Made by a program: the position numbers and the translations under genes. Source: Gammaproteobacteria bacterium (GTDB lineage: Bacteria; Pseudomonadota; Gammaproteobacteria; SZUA-140). From it: a DNA stretch of 64,000 nt. The DNA lies in contig JADJWH010000007.1 of NCBI GenBank assembly GCA_016716465.1, positions 143,427 through 207,426 on the forward strand. The letters are read 5' to 3'. Shown in pieces: positions 53,219 to 60,361 of this stretch; the first letter of the stretch is position 1; each line of letters begins with the position of its first letter. A model generated the notes under the pieces. That model was not told the DNA's origin, searched no databases, and saw only the letters and a program-made list of their open reading frames with translations.

Positions 53219-54442
53219 TTGTCGAATCTACTATCAATCAATAATTATTATTACTTCCGCGGCGGTGCGGAAGCGGTATTTCTGAGGCAAAATGCCTTGT
53301 TTGAAAGTATGGGTTGGCGCGTGGCGCCATTCTCTATGCGCCATTCGAATAATATTGATTCTCCTTGGTCGGACTACTTTGTCGAGGAAATTGAGTTCGG
53401 ATCAGAATATTCCCTATGGGGGAAAATTCGGCGTGTTCCGAAGGTGGTTTATTCTCTTGAGGCGCGGAGAAGGGTGCGCAGGCTGCTTGATGTATTTCCT
53501 GCTGATATATGCCATGCCCATAATATTTATCACCATATCTCTCCATCGATATTGCATCTGATCAAGCAGCGTGGCATTCCGATCGTCATGACACTTCATG
53601 ACCTGAAGCTCGCCTGCCCTGCATATAACATGCTTGCCAATGACGGTATTTGCGAGCGCTGTAAGGATGGCCGGATATATAACGTCCTACGTCACAGTTG
53701 CATAAAAGGTTCAGTGACTCTGAGCGCGGTAGTCATGGCCGAAACCCTACTCCACCGAGCATTGAAAACATTCGAGCGGCACATAGACAGGTTTATTGTT
53801 CCCAGTCATTTTTATATGGCTAAGCTGGCTGAATGGGGTTGGGATAAGTCACGGTTTTTGTACATTCCCAACGCACTCGATGTGGAGACATTCAGCGTTG
53901 ATTATGTTCCAGGAAAATCATTTGTATATTTTGGAAGGCTAAGTCGGGAAAAGGGTATTTCGACCTTAATCAAGGCCGCCTCTATTGCTGGCGTGTCTTT
54001 GACGATTGTAGGGACTGGCCCTGACGAACACCTACTACGGAAACTCTCTAAAGATGAAGGGGCAGATGTTACGTTTCTGGGCTACCTGAAGGGGCAGAAG
54101 TTGCATGATGTTGTCCGTTCTGCCCGTGCGGTTGTGCTACCCTCGGAGTGGTATGAGAATGCGCCATTGTCTGTTATGGAAGCCTATGCATTAGGCAAGC
54201 CAGTTATTGGTGCCACGATAGGTGGCATCCCAGAATTGATACAGAATGGGATAACAGGCGCCACGTTTGAATCGGGTTCTATCAGAGAACTAGCGGAAAT
54301 ATTGGCCCGATTTTCCTGTCTTCCGGACTCGGATATGTCCAACATGGGGCATGCTGGACGTTCTTGGATAGAAAGGGAATTCAACATGGACCAGTATGGA
54401 TCTAGGATGCTGAGTTTGTATCGGGAGCTTGGAGTTCAATGA
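53219..54442 (+). CDS. Glycosyltransferase family 1 (GT4-type)
   Basis: N-terminal INNYYYFRGGAE. C-terminal LPSEWYENAPLSVMEAYALGKPVIGATIGGIPE. TTG start as in the ORF track. Confidence 0.75.
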   Translation: MSNLLSINNYYYFRGGAEAVFLRQNALFESMGWRVAPFSMRHSNNIDSPWSDYFVEEIEFGSEYSLWGKIRRVPKVVYSLEARRRVRRLLDVFPADICHAHNIYHHISPSILHLIKQRGIPIVMTLHDLKLACPAYNMLANDGICERCKDGRIYNVLRHSCIKGSVTLSAVVMAETLLHRALKTFERHIDRFIVPSHFYMAKLAEWGWDKSRFLYIPNALDVETFSVDYVPGKSFVYFGRLSREKGISTLIKAASIAGVSLTIVGTGPDEHLLRKLSKDEGADVTFLGYLKGQKLHDVVRSARAVVLPSEWYENAPLSVMEAYALGKPVIGATIGGIPELIQNGITGATFESGSIRELAEILARFSCLPDSDMSNMGHAGRSWIEREFNMDQYGSRMLSLYRELGVQ

Positions 54443-54494
54443 ATATAGTTCTAATAGCAGAAGCTCGCAACGGTGAAAAGGGTTTCAGTAATTG

Positions 54495-55616
54495 ATGCGC
54501 ATAATGGTGCTAGGCCTTCGTGGGTTCCCTAATGTCCAGGGAGGCGTGGAGCAACATGCTGAGCAATTGTATCCTTTGCTAGCTAAGTTGGGTTGCCACA
54601 TCGATGTAATTGCACGTTCACCCTATGTGCCGCGCGAGCTTCGGATGTGGAATGGCATTACTTTTCACCGATTATGGGCGCCAAGGATCAGGGGGCTGGA
54701 AGCGCTGATACATTCCTTGATCGGGGTATTCTATGCCGGCATCAAGAGGCCTGATATCTTGCACATTCATGCTGTTGGCCCTGCGATCATTGCGCCACTC
54801 GGTAGAGCGCTAGGACTTAGGGTTGTGGTCACGCATCATGGTCCGGATTATGATCGCGAAAAATGGGGAAGGTCAGCGCGTTGGTTACTTCGGCTAGGTG
54901 AGAAGTGGGGTATGCTCTGTGCGAATCAGAGGATTGTCATCTCCAAAGTGATTAGAAAGCTGGTGTTCGATAAATATCGTCTCGATTCAGTTGTTATCCC
55001 AAATGGTGTCACTCTCCCAAAAATTCCTGAGACCAAGGAAACGCTGGGGCGATTTTCGCTGGTTGCTAAGAGATATATTTTGTTGGTTAGCCGCTTTGTG
55101 CCAGAAAAGAGGCATCTCGACTTAATTGAAGCCTTTGCCATGTCCAGACTTTTGGATTGGAAGCTGGTGTTGGTTGGAGAGGTGGATCGCCGCGACAGGT
55201 ATTGCATGAAGGTGCTATCTTCCGCCGAGCAGATCCCGGGTGTGGTAATCACAGACTTTCAATTTGGCCAAGCACTACAGGAGTTATATTCGTATGCTGG
55301 TCTCTTTGTATTGCCATCATCGCATGAAGGGCTTCCGATTGCTTTGCTTGAGGCATTAAGCTACGGATTACCCGTGCTGGCAAGTGATATACCCGCCAAT
55401 CTGGAAGTCGGCCTTCCGGAAACTAATTACTTTCCCCTTGGGAATGTCGCCATACTCGCCGGGGTATTGTGCGAGCGGGCTGTTGAGCAGTCAGATGGCG
55501 CACAGCGGGAGAGGTTACGTGCATGGGTTAGTGAGCGTTATTGCTGGACAGAGGTGGCGCAACGTACATTGGATACTTATAAAAAAGTATTAAGAAGGTC
55601 TAAGATATATTGGTAG
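54495..55616 (+). CDS. Glycosyltransferase family 1 with N-terminal DUF1972-type domain
   Basis: MRIMVLGLRGFPNVQGGVEQHAEQL N-terminal signature. PSSHEGLPIALLEALSYGLPVLASD C-terminal motif. Confidence 0.8.
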   Translation: MRIMVLGLRGFPNVQGGVEQHAEQLYPLLAKLGCHIDVIARSPYVPRELRMWNGITFHRLWAPRIRGLEALIHSLIGVFYAGIKRPDILHIHAVGPAIIAPLGRALGLRVVVTHHGPDYDREKWGRSARWLLRLGEKWGMLCANQRIVISKVIRKLVFDKYRLDSVVIPNGVTLPKIPETKETLGRFSLVAKRYILLVSRFVPEKRHLDLIEAFAMSRLLDWKLVLVGEVDRRDRYCMKVLSSAEQIPGVVITDFQFGQALQELYSYAGLFVLPSSHEGLPIALLEALSYGLPVLASDIPANLEVGLPETNYFPLGNVAILAGVLCERAVEQSDGAQRERLRAWVSERYCWTEVAQRTLDTYKKVLRRSKIYW

Positions 55617-55717
55617 TTGCCTAGATCCAAAGCTTAAGAATAAGCTCTGGTCTGCGCGGTTATTCTGATGTGGTCAATCTCTAAGAGGAGCTATGTGAGG
55701 AACACCAAGGGGGTGTT

Positions 55718-57232
55718 ATGGGCCTTGTTTATCGATTTCAGAATAATAAAAAATTTTTTATAGAAAAAGGGCAGTCAGAAAAAAACCATATAAAAGTATT
55801 TTTAGGAAATAAACTATCTTCTGAGCATGATCCAACCGCAGATGGAATATGGGCGGAATGGGAGTGGGATGGGATTGAATTTAGATTTTCCAATGATAGG
55901 CTTGGATTTTACCCGATCTATTATTACAGTTATGAAGGAAAGTTTGGTATCTCCACGTCTATAATTGATCTTGTTGAGAAAGGGGACGTCCCTCTGGATC
56001 TCGACGATCAAGCAGTGGCATTCTTTATAAGAATGGGATTTTTTCTCGCTGATGACACCCCATTTAAATACATTCATAGTGCGCCACCAGCCTGTAGTAT
56101 TAAATGGAAAGATGGGAGAGTGGAGGTATTTACAAAAGGGTGTATATCATCACAGATAGCAGTCGGGTTATCTAGAGGGGCGGCGATCAAAGAGTATGGA
56201 GAGAGATTTCAGAATGCTATTAATAATACAACTCCTGATAAGAACGAAAAGGTTGGTGTCCCGTTAAGTGGTGGAAGGGACTCGAGGCATATTGCCTTGG
56301 CATTATATGAGGGTGGGGTAAATATACATTCGTTTTTGACTGTTAATAAGGGCCAGGATTTGACAGTCTCTCGCCAAGTAGCGCGTGAGTTGGGAATAGC
56401 TCAGTCAGTTATATATCAAAAGGGGTCTAGATTCGGGCAAGAAATTCGTAAGAATTATCTTACCAGTTTTTGTGCTGATGAGCATGCATGGGCTTTAGGC
56501 TTGGCCAATTCTATTGAAGAAAATCGATACACGGTTATTTATGATGGGATTGGTGGTGATGTTTTATCTGCGAGCGCGTTCCTCAATGAAAGGAGATTAG
56601 ATTTATATAGAAAGGAAAAGTTAGAGCAACTGGCAGAGCATCTAATGATAGACGAAGGTTATATACGATATTCTCTGCCAGAGGATTTTTATCAACGATT
56701 TAGCCGTGAACGAGCGGTCAATAAATTAACGGAGGAGTTAAGGAAGCATGTAAACACGCCAAATCCTGTTTCGCAATTCTTTTTTTGGAATAGAACGAGG
56801 AGAGAAATAGCATTATTGCCATGGGGTCTCTATAGGCGGGATATCAAAATTATGGCTCCTTATTTAATGAAAGGTATCTATGACTTTCTAACAGGATTGC
56901 CTGCCGAGTATATGCTCAACCGTCAATTCCATGAGCAAGCTATAAATAATCAATATGCTAAACACAGTCATATCCCTTATGAGGATAAGTCGGTATCTAC
57001 ACAAAGATTGTGTAAGCAATTTATTAAGACATTCAGAGAGGCGAGATTAATTAAAAACTATATTAATTATATTTCTATCTCTGGCGTCAAGAAATTTGAT
57101 ATCGGACTCGGGGCGCATTTCATAAAGCTGATTGGCATGTACTCAATGGCCCGCTCAAATGATCAATTCTTAAATTCCTTGAGAAGGATCATTTGGTTGG
57201 TACAGCTGTTGAGCCTACAGAAAATAAAGTAG
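55718..57232 (+). CDS. Asparagine-synthase-related amidotransferase (AsnB C-terminal synthetase domain; N-terminal domain lacks the Cys2 nucleophile)
   Basis: PP-loop VGVPLSGGRDSRHIA. N-terminus MGLVYRF... instead of MCGI. Similar to WbpS-like O-antigen sugar amidotransferases. Confidence 0.65.
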   Translation: MGLVYRFQNNKKFFIEKGQSEKNHIKVFLGNKLSSEHDPTADGIWAEWEWDGIEFRFSNDRLGFYPIYYYSYEGKFGISTSIIDLVEKGDVPLDLDDQAVAFFIRMGFFLADDTPFKYIHSAPPACSIKWKDGRVEVFTKGCISSQIAVGLSRGAAIKEYGERFQNAINNTTPDKNEKVGVPLSGGRDSRHIALALYEGGVNIHSFLTVNKGQDLTVSRQVARELGIAQSVIYQKGSRFGQEIRKNYLTSFCADEHAWALGLANSIEENRYTVIYDGIGGDVLSASAFLNERRLDLYRKEKLEQLAEHLMIDEGYIRYSLPEDFYQRFSRERAVNKLTEELRKHVNTPNPVSQFFFWNRTRREIALLPWGLYRRDIKIMAPYLMKGIYDFLTGLPAEYMLNRQFHEQAINNQYAKHSHIPYEDKSVSTQRLCKQFIKTFREARLIKNYINYISISGVKKFDIGLGAHFIKLIGMYSMARSNDQFLNSLRRIIWLVQLLSLQKIK

Positions 57233-57243
57233 CTTGACGATTT

Positions 57244-58215
57244 CTATTTGTGAGGCGGCTGGATTTGGCTGCTGCGAGCATAACGCAAATAGCCGAGGCT
57301 TCGCGCGAAAGAATTCTTCAGCCAGCGCGCCTGAACCTCGGGTGCCCGCATTTTTATATTTGGCCCTTCATCAGAGATGAGGTCGTTTCGCACATCGTGG
57401 AGTGTGAGCATTTTCATGATGCCCTGCAAATAGCCTGACTTTTTAATACGAAGAGCTACCAGTTCCTCCAATTGCGGATCATTGATCTGCTTATAGTAAA
57501 TAGTACGTAATTCTTGTGTGACAGCAGTCCGGTTGTTATTGGTTCTTTCTTCAAAATTGGCAGCAGAACTCTGATCTTGAAGGTGTACTCGCGCCGACTC
57601 GTTTCCAAACAGAAGATGGTGTTTCTTGTGCCAGAACTTCTCTTTTCCCTCGAAATAAGGTATGCCTAAGTAGCAACAAATATTCTCAAGCACTGCTGGG
57701 TCTCGTGTATAGTCGGAGTAGGGTACGGAGCGCCAGTCAGCTATCTTGGTTGTATATAGACGAAAATAGTTTATCCACGAACTCTCCCATTTGTCGTAAC
57801 CTTTGCCCCGCTTTTTTAATGAATGCGCGTATTCTAGAGGGGTTTTCCATATAACAATATGCTTGGTTTCAATGCCGGACTTTCTAAGAAGCTTCGACTG
57901 ATAGTTAATCCAAAAGGGATCCTTGCTGGAATCAATGATAAACCTTACCTCAGGTTTAAGTTCGAAGATCTTGTTATAGAGATTCTGCTTCCCCGCGGCG
58001 CGCACTTGTGACCAGAAGTTACAATTTATTTCTCCGCATCCACATATTGGATCTATATGGTGTGCGCGATAGGGGTGAATCAGTGCATTGACTTCCCCGG
58101 TTGAGAACCCAGCAGGATCATTTCCCAGCGTCATGTCAAAAAAGGTAGAACCACTAAATGCGGTTCCCCCAACAAAGATCAGTTTTCTTTCTGTCATTTG
58201 AGTTATTACCATCAA
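57244..58215 (-). CDS. P-loop sulfotransferase-like protein
   Basis: N-terminal LIFVGGTAFSGSTFF loop and overall size resemble Stf0/Sulfotransfer_3 proteins. Weaker motif match than the other five. Confidence 0.5.
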   Translation of the reverse strand: MMVITQMTERKLIFVGGTAFSGSTFFDMTLGNDPAGFSTGEVNALIHPYRAHHIDPICGCGEINCNFWSQVRAAGKQNLYNKIFELKPEVRFIIDSSKDPFWINYQSKLLRKSGIETKHIVIWKTPLEYAHSLKKRGKGYDKWESSWINYFRLYTTKIADWRSVPYSDYTRDPAVLENICCYLGIPYFEGKEKFWHKKHHLLFGNESARVHLQDQSSAANFEERTNNNRTAVTQELRTIYYKQINDPQLEELVALRIKKSGYLQGIMKMLTLHDVRNDLISDEGPNIKMRAPEVQARWLKNSFARSLGYLRYARSSQIQPPHK

Positions 58216-58872
58216 TGGGGATGTTCTTTGGAGGGATATTTTTTAGATAAATCAGCCAGATTTTCCGGAGGCGCTGCCATGGTTGTACTTTTCTGGTTTA
58301 AAGTATTTTTCTATTAGTTTCGGCTGATTTATATGCACTGCATTTATGAGTTGGCGGAAATTGGTTATATAGATTTTTATGCATTTGTGAGGCATATGAT
58401 TATGTTACAGTTTGCTCGATTGGGTTCTATATTTTCTGTGTGGCATATGCGAGTGACTTGTGGTGCTCGATGAAACACAGCTTTGCTCTTGAAAAATTTT
58501 CCGCGATGTTCCTGTAGAGAAATTCGTTATAGATGGGTGGCAAATAATCTCGATAAGGCAGAGCATTGGCGATAACGATCAGAATATCTGTTATTTGAAT
58601 CGGAAGGAAACTTCATCTGGCCAATATAGCGTACAGGAAGGATAAACGCCCCTTTTCGTATCCGTCAACCAGTTATTCACGGGGGGAGTGTTTAGATAGT
58701 TCATTGTTGTTACATCCAAGAAACGGCAACGGGAGCCGAATGTGAGGTGATGACGTACTTGCTTCAATGATGAGTCTGGGGCAGGGTCGGATAGTATTCG
58801 TATGCAGCCCGAGCCAGTTCAAGGAGCTAGTTGTGCTTGTATTATGAAATACCCTTTGAAGCTCCAACAGAC

Positions 58873-60342
58873 TCAGGGTTCATATCCTGGGGGCAGATAT
58901 GGGAAAGCAAATGTTCCTGGTGGCCCGAATGTATCAAGTGCCTGGTGAACCTCTTCAAGAGTCGGCGGGTTATTGTGCCAAGGGGTGTCCCATGATACAG
59001 CAAGATTATGGACGGGCATTATGCCGGGTGGGTCTTCGCCGGCCCGGCCTAGCCCAGAATTCCTCTTTGCCGGATCTGTCGCTTTTGGCGAGCCCGAGAG
59101 CGCCCATACAATATGGGAAAATGTCTGTGGCACAGTTACATTGCTGTAATTCCATGGATTGGGAATGCCAGCTGCAAAGAAAGTGGTTTCTCTCTGTCCG
59201 TTACTTTCAGTCGCCTGCGACAGAAATCTAATATCCTTCTGATAAACGCCATTCAGGTCATTAAACCTGGTCGCGCTAGTGAAATTATCTGTTCCCACCA
59301 TTTTCATGTCAGGGAAGTTCGCACCCATGTGTGGGTTGTTCATATATTGCCAGCGTATATCAAGCCCCCCCCCTACCAGGGTCGACTGTGTTACATAGAT
59401 GCCAGATGCCGCATAAATCTCTGCAATCTTTCTGTTAAGCAGGCTCATGCCATGATAATAGTCTGTTGAGTTGTAATCGCTGGGGAGATTACCTGACGGC
59501 TCCGCTTCTGGACAGCGTATAAACATGACCTTGTTTATATTGCCAGTTGCAACTAAATGGTCATACATTGCTTTGACAAAGATTAAAATCTCATCGATTA
59601 CATATGGCGCAGTGCCTCTGTTTCTTAGTCCTCTAGCATCAGGCCCAGAATATCGATAGAACTTGGGAACCCAATGTGACGTTCCATCAGTGCTCCAAAC
59701 GGCATCATACGGAGCTGCATTTAACCACGCCGGAGTGCTGGGACTGTTTCCCCACGAAACTACTCCTAGATTAAGTACCAGGAGCGCCCCTTCGTTTTGT
59801 ACTGCATTGATTTTAAATGCTGCATCAAGAAGGCTCCAATCATATCCCGGGTCAGTGTGATTTGCCGGATTAGAGGGTCTGATATTCTGGTTGGTGTAAT
59901 ATCTCCACATGCGTAAGGGAAATACTATCCCACCATATACCCCGGGTGGCCGATATGAGGCTTTGCGATTCGGGCTGGTGGTAAATAAGGCCTGCCACTT
60001 AGATTCCATGAGGGAAGGGGAAGGATTTTCTTCCGATGTATCCACCACGATGCCGGGGCGGAATTTCAAATTTGTTCCGGGGAATACTCCGGATTGGCTA
60101 CTTGATACATTTGCAGCAGAGGAATTGCTGGAAGCGGCACATTGAATCCCCTCCGAGTGTTCGATGCATATGTCCGTCGGCGTCGTCGGAGGAGCTGCTG
60201 GGGCCGCTCCAATCGAGCTTGCCAGTAGGAAGATCAGAAGATAGAGGGATTGTTTCAACATGATAGGTTTTGTGCTCGTATCTGGATAAACGAAGGGGTG
60301 TGCGTCGCGGCGCATGGATATGCTCATGTTCTTGTCATGCAT
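58873..60342 (-). CDS. Secreted hypothetical protein (low-GC), possibly a glycan hydrolase; co-transcribed downstream of the CBM6 lipoprotein
   Basis: Signal peptide MLKQSLYLLIFLLASSIGAA (an alternative start is at 60261). No motif recognised by eye. 20-bp gap to the upstream gene. Confidence 0.45.
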   Translation of the reverse strand: MHDKNMSISMRRDAHPFVYPDTSTKPIMLKQSLYLLIFLLASSIGAAPAAPPTTPTDICIEHSEGIQCAASSNSSAANVSSSQSGVFPGTNLKFRPGIVVDTSEENPSPSLMESKWQALFTTSPNRKASYRPPGVYGGIVFPLRMWRYYTNQNIRPSNPANHTDPGYDWSLLDAAFKINAVQNEGALLVLNLGVVSWGNSPSTPAWLNAAPYDAVWSTDGTSHWVPKFYRYSGPDARGLRNRGTAPYVIDEILIFVKAMYDHLVATGNINKVMFIRCPEAEPSGNLPSDYNSTDYYHGMSLLNRKIAEIYAASGIYVTQSTLVGGGLDIRWQYMNNPHMGANFPDMKMVGTDNFTSATRFNDLNGVYQKDIRFLSQATESNGQRETTFFAAGIPNPWNYSNVTVPQTFSHIVWALSGSPKATDPAKRNSGLGRAGEDPPGIMPVHNLAVSWDTPWHNNPPTLEEVHQALDTFGPPGTFAFPYLPPGYEP

Positions 60343-60361
60343 TGGCAGGTTGTTCTCAGTC

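Larger units (their letters stand above)
47752..60350. other. Low-GC (about 38-45%) compositional island embedded in a locus that is otherwise about 62% GC: six GT4 glycosyltransferases, a Wzy-like protein, an AsnB-like amidotransferase, a sulfotransferase-like gene and a secreted hypothetical
   Basis: A/T richness is visible by eye in the sequence and in codon usage (AAA/AAT/ATT-rich) compared with the flanks. Flanked by AT-rich noncoding spacers of about 490 bp (47752-48244) and about 650 bp (58216-58872). Confidence 0.7.

Noticed and set aside
55683-55698. Strong SD (AAGAGGAG) followed by an ATG-TGA start-stop mini-ORF upstream of the AsnB-like gene
   Set aside because: The SD-to-ATG spacing is only 2 nt, so it is unlikely to be a functional start-stop element. 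It is probably coincidental.
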